Assembly: GCA_964016885.1 (NCBI GenBank)
Contig: OZ024742.1
Coordinates: 26,288,001 to 26,352,000, forward strand
DNA length: 64,000 bases
From: Eledone cirrhosa
Taxonomy: Eukaryota
Direction of reading: 5' to 3'
In this document: in pieces, positions 1 through 13,679 of the stretch
How the letters are laid out: each line of letters starts with the position of its first letter
Position numbering within the stretch: the stretch's first letter is position 1
Made by a program: the position numbers and the translations under genes
The notes under the pieces: model-generated
What the model was told of the DNA's origin: nothing
Databases searched by the model: none
Seen by the model: the letters and a program-made list of their open reading frames with translations, nothing else

Positions 1-50
1 TTACAATCCCACCAGATTTGGTATATACCAGCTTCGTTTATCTAGTTATT

Positions 51-86
<36 letters not shown>

Positions 87-120
87 GAGAGAGAGAGCGA
101 AAGAGAGAGAGAGGGATATG

Positions 121-196
<76 letters not shown>

Positions 197-940
197 TGTG
201 TATTTGTGTATGTACACGAAACAGTTCTCTCACCTACAAAATCATCACACACCACTATAGCGTTGCAATGACAACACGTAATGGTTCACAGGTCTCTCTC
301 TATCACACACACATCAGAAATATACACATTTCTCTAACCCAGAAACTGACATATAAAGAGGATGGTACAAAGAAGACTATACAATTTAGAGTTGGTTTGT
401 ATGAACATGTTGGACAGACATAGTCTGCAGTATAAAGCTTGTCTCAAACTAGGAGGCTCGTGAAGGCGATATGCTTATCGAGTTACCTGACATGAGCCAA
501 CTGAGAGTTCAGGATATCGTAGGTTTAAATCCCCAGCTGTTGCTGGTACTCGTTTTCAGCTGAATATACTGGAGCCACATCAAATGAACACGACACACAG
601 CCCAGGAATCGAACCTAAGTTCATAATATTACAAGGCCACGCATTTCAATGAACAGAAAATACCAAAAACAAAAGATAAAAGAGTATTTAATCGAAGTCC
701 TGAATATAGGCGAGATTTACTTGAGGCCAAACACCCAAAACCCCAATCCTCTTGCTTTCTCTCAATAGTTATATTTTTCGGCATACATGCAAATGCAACT
801 GGGTACAGTTTCTTTTGCAACCTTGAACAAATGCTCGGGAATTAGTAGTGCAGCAACTAATTCTATAATTTCACCTTTCCTCCTATGTGAATCTTGATAA
901 CAACATTTAATCTCTCCCTTTCTCCCTAACAAATAAAACC

Positions 941-1008
<68 letters not shown>

Positions 1009-1040
1009 GTTGTATTTGTTACTTTTTTAATTACTTTGAC

Positions 1041-1076
<36 letters not shown>

Positions 1077-1077
<1 letters not shown>

Positions 1078-1447
1078 TTAAAACAATGAAATAAAAATTA
1101 AAGTCGTTAGGAAAATACTTCACTGCTTTACGATTGTTTCTAGGGGATAATAATACATCGTACGCATATTTCATTAACGATCTATGTAAGGTTAGTTACA
1201 AAATATCAGATAAGAAGAATATTTAGCTACTTGTATATCATCAGCTGTTGTCAAAAGCAATCATTGCTTTTGACAACAGCTGATGATATACAGGTAGCTG
1301 AATATTCTCCTTATCTGATATGTTGTAACTAACCTTACATAGATCGATAATGAAATATGCGTACGATGTATTATTATCCCCTACAAACGATCGTAAAGCA
1401 GTGAAATATTTTCCTAACGACTTTAACTTTTATTTCATTGTTTTAAC
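1077..1447. mobile_element. ~370-bp foldback (palindromic) element next to (TA)n, probably an inverted Penelope-type pseudo-LTR fragment
   Basis: The arms are reverse complements with scattered mismatches, centred at 1262 (GCAAT-C-ATTGC). The left end abuts (TA)n. Each arm, read outward from the centre, has CTGATGA...GAAATATGCGTA. Confidence 0.7.
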
Positions 1448-1838
1448 GTATATCATTACACTGTTTTCCTTTTTATGATTTTTTTTGTTTTCCGGGCTTT
1501 ATTTTAACCTACAGCATTATCAACATATGGATTACATTGAGTTCTTCATGCAGACTAGACCCCATAACTAACTGTGGATAATTCTGTATATATATAAATA
1601 TATATACGCAGATGTATTTGTCACTTTTTTATTACTTTTACGTGTATATATATGTATATATACACATGTAGATAGATAGAAAGATATATACATATGTATA
1701 TGTGTGTGAATATATACATACACACATATATATATATATATGTATGTAAAACATACATATGTATATACATACATATGTATATATATAAGTGTATATATTT
1801 GTACATAATACTTTTTGTATGAGTGTGTGCGTATATAC

Positions 1839-1899
<61 letters not shown>

Positions 1900-2199
1900 A
1901 TTTGAATGTATTACTTAGAGAATGCAATGATTCGTTGATGAAAACATCAAAACAATCCCTCAATTATCGATATCTCCGGCCCAGACAGCTTCCATTGATA
2001 CTATTTACTGTCCAAATGTAACTAACCAATAAGTTTATCTATTCAATATCACTGTGTTGTTTTCCTGACACACAAATAGCCTCTATCTCTAGTCATAAAT
2101 CTTCTCTATTCTAATCATTGTCGTCTAGTAAGTTTCCGTCGATGAACATATAACAATGTAATGTGTTTAAACTATTTCGTGGAGCATTCAGCTCAGGGT

Positions 2200-2539
<340 letters not shown>

Positions 2540-2862
2540 TCATATATATATATATATATATATATACATGCACATATGCATATATATATACATACATATA
2601 TGGATTATGTTTATTTATAGTTCAGCAACTACGCCGTGCCATGGAATCTAATCCATACAACGGTAATATAGATATGTTGTTGGACGTCTATATATGCGTT
2701 TGATACTAATCTCTGTAGTGTGGGATATTTAGTAGCAGACATGAAGTACAGTTAATATAACAGAAACATCACACGCTCGTACATACACACATACACACAC
2801 GTGCACACACACACAGACACTCATACACACAACCCCACACAAATACACAAACACTTATACAA

Positions 2863-2902
<40 letters not shown>

Positions 2903-2941
2903 ACATACACAAACACACACACATACACACACACACAACAC

Positions 2942-2980
<39 letters not shown>

Positions 2981-3317
2981 TGTATATATGGATTCTCGAG
3001 ACCTATCTTACCGTCGATACACTGTTAACCTGAACAGCAACATGATTCGGCTGTGTCATAAGCATCTGAGCAACCCCTTTTGGGGGATGCACTGATGACT
3101 CGTACCACATGGGAAATCTCGAGAACAGGTGACCATTTTGATTGTAAATGGAATAAACATGTTAAATCCAAATAACTGACCTGCAATTCATAAATGAAGA
3201 TATGTTAAATGGAGATATACATTATATGTACATATTTAACATTTAAAATATCTGTAGTTATCTGTGACATATCAGTTTCTTAAATGTGAAACGAAATATA
3301 CATTACATATACACAAT

Positions 3318-3455
3318 ATGGTGACGAGTTGACAGAGTCGAAGGACTTCAAATAGATAGTTTACGAGAGACTGGCTCTCTGCTCTCTGTTCAAATCTCGC
3401 CTACGTCAGATGAGTCTTTCATACTTCCGGGGTCGATGAAAAAGGTACCAGTCTA
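3318..3455 (+). mobile_element. Diverged tRNA-derived SINE (related subfamily)
   Basis: B-box-like GTTCAAATCTCGCC, then CTTTCATACTTCCGGGGTCGATGAAAAAGGTACCAG, which matches the core shared by the other SINE copies. Confidence 0.65.
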
Positions 3456-3806
3456 TTACTTTTCTCTATCACTTTCTAATTTCCCCTCTCTCTATATCAT
3501 CTAGCAATTCCTTGGAGAGACTGATAGAGGGATGAGCTCCGCCAGGTTTTAAATCCCCAAGAAACGCAATATGCCACTGCGGTGCCCCTACGAAGCTATC
3601 AGGGCTTATGGGACCATAACATACATACAACGGAAATACAATTTTATTTTTAACATAAATGTACTTACAATTCAACATTTAGTCTGCCACAAAGGTCTTA
3701 GGTAATGTACTAAAACCTTAGGTTAGACATAAGAAACCTATATAGAAATATTAAATTCATCTGTCAATGAAAAGCTTTATATAAAATGAGTACAGTCAGC
3801 TACACC

Positions 3807-4200
3807 TACTCTCAGTCGTGTTTGAATAAGCGTGTCGGACGGAATAAGTCGGGAAAGGATCAGTAAATTTTCTAAGTTGCTTCCGAAGATTTGTTTTAAA
3901 AAACAGAATTAGTCGTTTAGTTTACATATAAAAATTCCACCCCATCCTTTTAATTTTATAACATATAGGATTTCTAGCAATTTACTTTTTTTTGTCATGT
4001 ATTTTTTTTTTTAAAGTATAAAGAAAATTAATTGTAGCAGGAAGGCTACCAATTAAAATATAATTTCACTAGGGATAGAGTAGCAAAAATTAATAAACGG
4101 AAGGGGTGTTGGAATAAGAGTGAGGGTGGGAGGAATCTGAAATATAAATCAGTGGTGGTCATTGTGGTGGTGGAGGGTGGCTGTTCGAGACTCGAGAGCA
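3807..4200. mobile_element. Degenerate MITE-like element
   Basis: Imperfect terminal inverted repeats TACTCTC...GAATAAG and CTGTTCGAGACTCGAGAGCA, with internal GGAATAAG repeats. Confidence 0.4.
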
Positions 4201-4214
4201 CTTATGCATCACTA

Positions 4215-5300
4215 CAATACATCCAAAAATTCTTTGTGTCTATACTTGGTATTGGAAAATTCTTAATAACCTCATCAATCTGTATTATATTGAAATCATT
4301 GCATTGTTTGGCAGTATCGGTAGAGCGTCAGACACCGTGCATTGCAGCATAGAGTTATGGCTCTTTACGTTCTGAGTTAAAATCCCGCCGAGGCTAACCT
4401 TGCCTTTCATCCTTACGGGGGTCAATAAAATAATAGACCAGTAATACACTGGGGTATTTGCTGGACTTGTGCCAAAAGTTGAAACAATTATATTCAAAAG
4501 ACTGCTCTCTACCTCCAGTAGGCAGAGACCAGTTAATGTTTCATGGATCATCTTGATTCTGAGGTGAATCTTTATGTTTGATAATTGCTGAATTATCTCT
4601 TTCCTAAACACCTAGTTATTATCAATGTGAAATATATTATCAACTGATGCAATGGTATCAGCAAATCATGCATTATGGTGTAACACTACCTGTTAAGAAA
4701 GCGTGCTGCATGACCTGAGCTTAGGAAAAGGATTCAAATTTGACAATTTCTTCTGTCAACACATAACTAAACTCACAGGGTAAAGCAGTAATACGTTTCT
4801 CAGTTTCATCTCTCATCTGCAAATTAGATAAATATCATAAGTATGCTACGATTTTGAACTTATGCACTAATTTATAAGCTAATCTTCAGTTTCGTTTGGC
4901 AACAGAGGACTAATCTAAAATGACAACTTGACATTGACAGTCGTTAATCTGATTCAGTTTTCTTTGGAGGAAATAACAATTTCCTCTGAAACGGATGTTG
5001 GATTTGCATCATAATGTTTGTTTCTCTTTCTTGACCTACCAGTTGTGCTTATGTAACCGGTACTGCTACAGAAACACTTGGCATTTACTTCCAAGTCTTC
5101 ATCCCTATCCTGAAGGGATTTTAGAATATTGTCCAGACAAACAATTAGATCTAGCCCTCTATTCAGGTTAAAATATTTATTTGGGCCATTGAACCGTACG
5201 AGAATTATGTTCCAAGTTTTGACCATCAGAGTAGTTTCCAGACAATTTATTTGGTCTGGCAAAATCTCTGCTGAGATCGCGGACACCACTATTACGATTA
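4215..5300 (-). pseudogene. Decayed hAT-superfamily (ZMYM1-like) transposase, C-terminal part, interrupted by a SINE
   Basis: Translated fragments WNIILVRFN, RSRKRNKHYD and QLSNIKIHLRIKMIHETLTGLCLLEVES resemble the hATC dimerisation motif (FSxLKxIKxxLRxxMxQERLxxLxLLSIE). The frame continues past the SINE as NIIQIDEVIKNF. Multiple stops and frameshifts. Confidence 0.65.
4300..4490 (+). mobile_element. tRNA-derived SINE
   Basis: A-box TGGCAGTATCGG, B-box-like GAGTTAAAATCCC, core GCCTTTCATCCTTACGGGGTC and tail TGTGCCAAAAGTTGAAACAATTAT. Candidate TSD ATTATATT(G/C)AAA at 4284-4295 and 4487-4498. Confidence 0.9.
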
Positions 5301-5569
5301 GAATACCTTTTCAATTTTACATACCTTACTCTTTTCAAACAATTCGACTGAATTATCTTGGAATTTCTTACTGCATCTACATCGTGTTAGTACCGATATT
5401 ATAATATGTTTGTTACTATCAAATATTGTATGCTTAACGGACAAAATAAATCAACCTAAAATTCTACTACCCTCTATCTCAAAACATCTTATTGCGGACG
5501 TTTTCGGTTTAATGAACTGTGAAATGTTTTTAATATAAACGTATGAAACTTGCCCGGCTTTCAAATATA

Positions 5570-5675
<106 letters not shown>

Positions 5676-6132
5676 AAGAATTATTAGCATATCAGTATAT
5701 TATAGAAACTTTTTAAAAAATAGCTGAAGTATATGCTTATCTCTGATATGCATTATCCTATAGGTAGAGTATATATCAAATTTAATTAAAATAAAACATA
5801 ACCAGTTATGAAAACATGTCCGTGTGAGAGGCATCCTCCCACCAATGTAGTATTGAATTTCATGGTTAGTTTAAGCTGGTTTACTTCGAATTTCAAATTC
5901 ACAGCAACTCTACCCAGTGTCAGGCATGAAATAAGAGATATTTTGTTTAAGAAATTTCCATCATCATGATATCAGACTGTTTTTAATTTGTAATTTTAAT
6001 CATTGGGCTATATAAATTTATACACTTATATATAGAAATCACTCAATACCTAAGCATGCTCATTTATAACCATCACCAAGCCACCATGCTGACCAAAACG
6101 GATACCATCTTATTATAATAGAATGACAGTTT

Positions 6133-6182
6133 GCTTTCCTGATGATTTCCTTCAAACGAAACAGTTCTAGACCAGTAGAAGC
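6133..6182 (+). ncRNA. Degenerate type I hammerhead ribozyme motif (same family as 13320-13680)
   Basis: GCTTTC-CTGATGA-tttccttcaaac-GAAA-CAG ttctagac CAG-TA-GAAGC. Stem III has one mismatch and stem II is weak. Confidence 0.6.
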
Positions 6183-6964
6183 CATTTCTATATTAAATTT
6201 GATATATATATATATGTATAGTATTGATTATACTATCTATGTTTATGCAACCTGTATTTTTGATTGTATCTTTTAATATGAATGAAATCTCTAAATGTGT
6301 ACTGCCACACTAAATGCTGTAATGAATGTTGACCCACAATATTTGCATATGTATCTGTATGTCTCTTGGGTGAAAAGGAGGTCATATAAGGGTTCATTCA
6401 ATAATAAATTGCTCCGAAGAATCCAAACCTCAGTTTGGAGGAAACAGTTGTAAGCATAAAAATGTTTTGAACAGTTCTTTGATTCTTATAATTCATATAT
6501 ATATAATCATAGAAGAGGCTTATCGAATAGAATAGACACAACTTTCGTCGTTTCCTCACTCACTCAATAATTTAATTAAGTCCGAATTATGAAAATTGCA
6601 ACCTAACCTGTTAGATTATATACGTGTACGTCAACTATATATATATCGTTTCTTTCATATAATGGTAGGTATATTCTAGTAACTTCTCAAAAAAAAACAA
6701 ATTTCAATTTGCTGCATATAAAGTATACGATTAATATGCTTTATTAAAAAAAGATATTGTTCGTTGAACCAAATCCAAATGCTTATGTTGTTAAATTAAT
6801 GAAGATTTATATAAAAACCAGTGAGATACAAATATCGAACGAGCAAAGAAAAACAAAAAAAATAACACATTTATTATTTTATAAATTTCAGACAGTTTTT
6901 ATTTTATGAATTTCTCCATATGAAGATCTTCTAAATTTGTTAAATAAATCTTGTAAAATCTAAC

Positions 6965-7344
6965 ATGCATGATGACGGCTGGTCTCGCTTGGGATAGAAC
7001 TGGAGAAGTCGGAGTTGTTGGATACTGACAGGATCCGCTGGAAGGAGTGTTTGAAGATTCTTCCCCCAAGAGCAAGATGGTTGGATAACATCCATGAGCT
7101 CAGCTGGTCTCGCCTGGGTGGGGGGGGGGGGTACAACCGGATCAGTTGGAGACGGTTGCTTCTGACAGGACCCACTGAAAGGAGTAGTTGTGGAATGTCT
7201 GCTCCCACGGCACTTTCGGGAGTAAATGGGTGAAAAAGAAAAAGAAGAAGAAGAAGAAGAAGAAGAAGAAGAAGAAGAAGAAGAAGAAGAAGAAGAAGAA
7301 GAAGAAGAAGAAGAAGAAGAAGAAGAAGAAGAAGAAGAAGAAGA
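6965..7344 (+). mobile_element. 3' end of an RTE-like LINE with a (GAA)n tail
   Basis: Translation PRARWLDNIHEL...NRISWRRLL is typical of RTE-type ORF C-termini. It is followed directly by (GAA)n at ~7232-7344. Confidence 0.6.
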
Positions 7345-7792
7345 ATCTTTATTTTTCCCACACATGTGAACTGCATGTATAAAAGTGCAACAGTCAGTGA
7401 ATGACAAATAAACAAATGACTGTTTGCTATTTCCTTGGTTACGGCTTCGACTTCCCATTCGTTTCAGTAGCTAATTAATAAAGTTAAATTTGCTAGCATA
7501 ATAATCTTTGTGCTTAAATTTCTTCTTTACCAAGAGAATTAATACATGTTTGACTGCTGTTTGTAGGAGAGGCTAGTTGGTAACGTATTATTTTTAATGC
7601 ACTTACGATGTTGGGTCATTTTAACCAAGTAGAACTTAATCATATCCCCTATGCAGAATCAGGAGGGTGGAATATTTGCTTGGCTTTGTATATGTTAGAA
7701 TCGGTGTTGAAACATAAATTAAATATGAAATAATTACTGCCATAGAAACAAATAATGTTATAGTGCAAAAATCTATACCTTACGTTTATTAT

Positions 7793-7972
7793 GGTGGTGG
7801 ATTGGCAGTATCGGTAGAGGGTCGGACACCACGCTTTGACGCATTGAGTTACGGCCCTTACCATTCTGAGTTCAAATCCCGCCGAGGATAACTTTGCCTT
7901 ATGAGGTTGATAAAATAAAGTACCAGTAATGTATTGGGTAATTGCTGGCCATGTGCCAAATTATAAAATTAT
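7793..7972 (+). mobile_element. tRNA-derived SINE
   Basis: TGGCAGTATCGGTAGAG head, GAGTTCAAATCCCGCCGAGG B-box, ATAAAATAAAGTACCAG core. Confidence 0.9.
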
Positions 7973-7984
7973 AACATACACAGC

Positions 7985-8202
7985 TGGTGTATTGGTTTAA
8001 TCGATAGAGCGTCGGACAACACACGTTGTGACATAGAGTTACGTTCCTTTACGTTATGACTTCAAATCTCGTCAACTTAAGCTTTGCCTTTCATCCTTAC
8101 GGGTTCTGTAAAATAAAGTACCTGTAGCTTAATGGTTTCTATTTGATCGACTTTCCCTCCCCAAAAATTGTTGACATATTTACCTAAATAAGAAGCCATT
8201 AA
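7985..8202 (+). mobile_element. tRNA-derived SINE (older, diverged), in tandem with the previous copy
   Basis: GACTTCAAATCTCG B-box remnant and GCCTTTCATCCTTACGGG...AAAATAAAGTACC core. Confidence 0.8.
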
Positions 8203-8424
8203 TTTATAAAATAGAAAAGTTCAGGTGTAGTTAAAACTTTTTGGATATTTTAGCGAAGGGTGGTTGAAGATCTAATCAACTTATGTTATAACATGGTAGC
8301 TGATTGGTAATTATAAGGAGTGGAACCTTCTGTTTGCTTTGGAAAACAAATATGTAAGCTTGTACATGATGAATGTTTTGACAAACAGTACTCACACAAT
8401 ACAGCTATTAGTTCAATGGTAGTA

Positions 8425-8575
8425 TTCATGTGAGACCCAGGTTCAATCGGGGGTAACCACAGTAAGTAAGGTAGTCAATACATTAGTAGTATGTAAACAT
8501 CAAATTTATAATAGAAATGTCTTCTACAGGACTAGAACTGCTCCATTCAAAAGAAATCATCACATAGATCTTTTT
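8425..8575 (-). mobile_element. Decayed copy of the HHR-bearing short repeat family (see 13320-13680)
   Basis: Shares GGGGGTAACCACAGTAAGTAAGGTA and CTTCTACAGGACTAGAACTG with the 13.3-13.7 kb element. The GAAA core is mutated. Confidence 0.7.
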
Positions 8576-9099
8576 GTATGAGAACGAATATTGCCACATT
8601 TTTAAAGGGTTAATTTCTGGTACATGTCAAATTCAAATCTTTCTATTGGAATTAAAATACATTCCGCCTCTGTAGCTGAATTTCGTAAATATGCATACAG
8701 ATGTCTGCAGGAATTCATGAGAATTGTACTTCTTTCTGAGCGTTGATAGAACAACGCTGAGAGGCATAACATCTCTTCTCTTTAATATTGTTCACTTGTT
8801 ACCAAAGTGTATACAATTAAAAAAAATAGTATATGGTTGAACATGTTTGAAAAGAGTTGTTAATCATAATTCTTCAAATTCATTTCATGCGGAGGCGTAA
8901 CAAATATCGTTTGTTCAACTAAATTTAAATATTTAAATGAGTTATTCCGGATTAGAATGGACCACCGGTGGTTTCGATGATGAGCGTTACTTTTTCAATC
9001 CTCAGAACAGGGAGCTCATGAAATCAACTTGGAAGTGACCGCGCCCTCAAGAGGCAAGTGTAATTTTAACGTAATTCTCAGAAGATACTCACTGTGAGA

Positions 9100-9305
9100 G
9101 AGAGTTTGACATGGCTGGCCTTATGGATTAAACGTACAGTCGATGATTGGTTCTCTAACAGATTCCGTCACGCCAATTTCATTCACAGTACATGAGTCAA
9201 CTGGACGCAATATTAAATGACATATATCCAACATATCACGTATTGGGATCGAACTTAGAACCTAATGATTGGGAAGCCAGCCTCTTGAACATTGGGTCAT
9301 GCTGC
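9100..9305 (-). mobile_element. Second, diverged tRNA-derived SINE family
   Basis: Minus-strand tRNA-like head with a GTTCGATCCC B-box (plus strand GGGATCGAAC at ~9245). A similar remnant (GGAATCGAACC) lies at ~605-615. Confidence 0.45.
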
Positions 9306-10379
9306 GTATAATGTAGTTCAGGAGAAAACTGAGAATTAGCAGCAAAACATATTTCTAAAACTTCGGAATCGTGTAATTGTGCTCATTCGTAAATACGGTA
9401 AAGATGTTGAAAATTTAAATCTGAATGAATAAATCAGCGTCGTCTCTTCATTCATTCTTTCATACAAAATTACTTTAAATAGAAACAATATACAAATTTA
9501 ACAATAAGCTAATATTAACTCTCTATAACAACCATCTTCTCTGGTTTAACATACAGGCTAAGCATGTTTGTGGTTATTATGAGATTGTGGAGGGGGGGGG
9601 GGGGTTAAGATAGTTGTGTCAATATAGCCTGTTTCTGGTAGTTAGGACACGCCTATTTGTGACTTGTCAGAGACCAATTGTCGTAAGAAATAGTTTGGCT
9701 GCAAGTATACTCACAAGAAATATTATTATAGAATGACAGATGACCAATGGCATGTCTTTATACAGAAAATATTACATGTGCTAGATTAATTGAGACTCAT
9801 CTGCAGCAGTTGAAGTTAGTATTGCAGATTGCTTTTAGTAAGTTTGGAGTAAATGCGCAGTATGAATAAATATTTGCAAAACAAAAACAATTTATGAAGC
9901 TGTTGTTAGCAGCAAGAAGCATTTTGAAATCTTCTTATAAGATGGAAGAATGCAATAACGCTGCATTATGATAGTAGTAAGCTGGGATTACAAATTGTAT
10001 TATATATTGCATTATAGCTTGATGTTATAAATTTGTAATAAATTTGCAGAAATTTAATGTATTAATATTGCTCCCACATATATAACAAATGAATAATTAA
10101 CATATACACAATTAATGTATAACTTATGACGCACAGACCGAAACACATGGCACACACAGATTGACACACACACACATCTATACATATGTATATATACTTA
10201 CATATATTCATACATAGATGCATGTGTTCATACATACATACATAAAGTTTCCTTAAATGTTTAGCTTTATAGTATTTCATGAATTTTATAGGTTTCAGTT
10301 AATGTTGGCCCAGGCCATGTATGATTTTCAGGTTATGGGTTAACAAATTATGCTTATTCTAGATATCATTGTCCCCTCT

Positions 10380-10670
10380 AATAATTAGTAATTAGCTGGG
10401 TTTTTCTCAGAGATATATCAGGGAGTAGGACATTTATACAGAATTTCATGAAGGAATTTGTCCCGGAAACATTTAAATGTTATGGCACCTCTTCCTGTTG
10501 AGGTGAATTATTTGTGTCAGGTGCTTGCTTTGAGATTTGAATTTGATTTGTATAGTCTGCGGTGGATTTGAGAAGGGGCGACAACATCATTTGGGATATA
10601 TTGATGGAATATTTTCTACATCATACAGATGATGTAGCGCTCACGGCGGCATTGGAGAGGGAATAATTGT
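10380..10670 (-). mobile_element. 3' fragment of a CR1/L2-like LINE
   Basis: Minus-strand translation TFKCFRDKFLHEILYKCPTP*YIS resembles the FKxxLDKFLxxIPDxPxxPGY C-terminus of CR1-type ORF2. Confidence 0.4.
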
Positions 10671-10673
10671 CGC

Positions 10674-10872
<199 letters not shown>

Positions 10873-10899
10873 ATATATACATATATATATATATATAGA

Positions 10900-11140
10900 G
10901 GAGACTGAGGTTAGCTGGACATGCTCACCGACATCCAGAGTTGACATACCACTCAGTGATCCTGTAAGAGTGTGTCCCTACAGTGTGTCCCTACATGGAC
11001 ACACTGGAAGAGGAAGACCAAGGTTAACGTATGTTGATGCCCTAAGGACAGACACTGGTCTGTAGGAGACACAGGACATGGCAGAGATAATGAGGGACAG
11101 AGACCGCTGGAGAGATCTCGTCCATGGATCTCGGGATTTT
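10900..11140 (+). mobile_element. 3' fragment of an RTE-like LINE
   Basis: [11 protein letters not shown]...[42 protein letters not shown] is a typical RTE-type C-terminus. Contains stops and a small internal duplication (GTGTGTCCCTACA twice). Confidence 0.75.
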
Positions 11141-11269
11141 ACCTGCCCTAGAAATACATATATGTATGTGTGCATATGTATATGTGTATATGCACATATA
11201 TCTGTGTGTGTTTGTATGTATATATATATATATGCATATATCTAAATATATATATATATATATAATATA

Positions 11270-11320
11270 TAGAAAAGGCTCCAACAGGACTAGAACTGTT
11301 TCATTCGGGAGAAATCATCA
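11270..11320 (-). mobile_element. Truncated copy of the HHR-bearing repeat family, embedded in (TA)n
   Basis: Reverse complement reads TGATGA-tttctcccgaat-GAAA-CAG ttctagtc CTG-TT-GGAGCC. The 5' strand of stem I is lost at the TA junction. Confidence 0.65.
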
Positions 11321-11953
11321 TATATATGTATACATACATGATTTCATATACAGATATATACATAGATGCGAATATTCAAATATTCTCATGTGATTCTTTG
11401 CGAGGGCGTGGGCTGGTTATGAATATATAGATGTTTTTATAAATATATAAACATACATTTTCATAAGCAGTAATCATGTTCATAGTTACAGCAGATATAA
11501 ATAACAAGGAAAAATTATTTTTAGAAATAAATTGAAAACATTCGTAAACACAAAACAAAAGAAAGGATAACGTATTTTGAACAACAACAGATAATAAGAA
11601 ACACGAGAAAAACAACTACAACCTAATATGACCACAAAGAGATTTGTTGAAATCAATACAGCAAACAGAAAGGAATTTATTGACATCACCAGAACACTTC
11701 TATTGCCAGACTAAGACCGTTTAAGAATGCCTTTGTTTCCACGGTGTTATTTATAAATCCAGAATTTCATTGGAGACTAGACGTAGCTTGCTGCGGAGAA
11801 AGTTACGCTGACTAACGATCCAACAGTTCAATGTTGCTGGATAAATTTAAAAAAAAGGTTAAAAGTCAAACAACGTTTCTAAGTGGGATCAATAAACCAA
11901 TATGGATCAGATCTGTGTATATATACACGAATGTGTTACTGTTAGCGTTGTAT

Positions 11954-12015
<62 letters not shown>

Positions 12016-12141
12016 GTATATATGTATGTATATTTATATGTGTGTATGCATGTGATATTGTTAGCGTTGAAGTGTTTTTGTGTATATATAAACATATATA
12101 TGCATATATATATATATATTATATATATAAATATATATATT

Positions 12142-12205
<64 letters not shown>

Positions 12206-12706
12206 AATATATATGTATATACATATATATATTTATAAGTATGTATGTAATTATGTATATAAGTAAGTATGTATTTACATGCGTGTATTCCCGTGTGTGT
12301 ATGTATGTGATTGAAAGACAACAAGACATATTGTGTTTAGAAATAAGAAGGCGGAGGGGAAAATTTGATTTCGTCTCTGATTTAATTTTCTTCAAAGTCA
12401 ATAGGAGAAATGTATAATGAACAACAAACAGGATAGAACGAGAATAAAACAGAAAGAGATAATTAAACAATACAGAGGAATATTATAAAGAAAAGAAAAT
12501 GTATAATGAAATGGCGTAGTGCGCTTTAAAGAAAAGTTGAATTTTTCAGTGTTTAGCGAAACGATCAATGGTGGAGTGGTGAATGAGTCAGCTGAAACTA
12601 AATTGCTGGTTAAATTGTTTCAATGTTGGTTGTTTTAAAACTATAAATATGAACACACTCTCACACACATTCACACATGCATACACACATACATACACAT
12701 GAATAA

Positions 12707-12868
<162 letters not shown>

Positions 12869-13040
12869 TAGAAGTAAACGGAGTAAATTGTGTGTTTCAA
12901 ATTACATGGGTAGAAAGACAACATTCGTTTGACGGATTTAAACTATGAAGCAAACGGAAAATACAAGTTAGAAATTACTAACTGTTTCAATTACTATATA
13001 TATATATATATATATATATATGCATATAGATATAGATATA

Positions 13041-13114
<74 letters not shown>

Positions 13115-13128
13115 TGTATGTATGTATG

Positions 13129-13161
<33 letters not shown>

Positions 13162-13280
13162 TGAGAGAGTGAGAAAGAGAATTAGAATTGAGGGAGGGAC
13201 GGAGGGAGAGAATAAAGTGACATAGAGCAAGATGTAATTATATATCGGCGCAGAGAAGGTCAAACCCACGTGCACAGCCA

Positions 13281-13322
<42 letters not shown>

Positions 13323-13331
13323 ATAGAAGGA

Positions 13332-13380
13332 GCTTCTACAGGACTAATACTGTTTCATTCAGATGAAATCTTCAGGAAGC
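13332..13380 (-). ncRNA. Type I hammerhead ribozyme motif
   Basis: Reverse complement reads GCTTC-CTGAAGA-t ttca tc tgaa t-GAAA-CAG tattagtc CTG-TA-GAAGC, with a complete core, stem I GCTTC/GAAGC and stem III CAG/CTG. Confidence 0.8.
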
Positions 13381-13542
13381 AACATATTTTCTTGAGGATG
13401 GTTATAAGGGCACTAGGGTGTGCTTGGATACGTAGGTCCCGGGTTGTGTCGGGGATAACCACAGGATACATGGCAGAGTAAATTTTTTTTATTTTATAGA
13501 AGTAGCTTCTACAGGTCTAGTACTGTTTCATTCAGATGAAAT

Positions 13543-13590
13543 CTTCCTGAAGATGTCATCTGAATGAAACAGTACTAGTCCTGTAGAAGC
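13543..13590 (+). ncRNA. Type I hammerhead ribozyme motif
   Basis: CTTC-CTGAAGA-tgtcatctgaat-GAAA-CAG tactagtc CTG-TA-GAAG. Loop III contains the palindrome ACTAGT. Confidence 0.75.
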
Positions 13591-13679
13591 TCCTTCTATA
13601 AAATAAAAAATGTTTACTCTGCCATGTATTGAGTACCTTACTTACTGTGGTTATCCCCGACTCAACCCGGGACCTACGT

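Noticed and set aside
2135-2186. TCGATGA-ACATAT/ATGTGT hairpin resembling an HHR 5' half
   Set aside because: GAAA is absent (TAAA instead) and stems I and III are unconvincing.
3085-3135. CTGATGA...GAAA-TCTCGAGA hammerhead-like string
   Set aside because: No UH cleavage site in register and no stem I pairing.
3469-3678. 69-aa non-repetitive ORF (..WHIAFLGDLKPGG..)
   Set aside because: No recognisable domain or consistent splice context.
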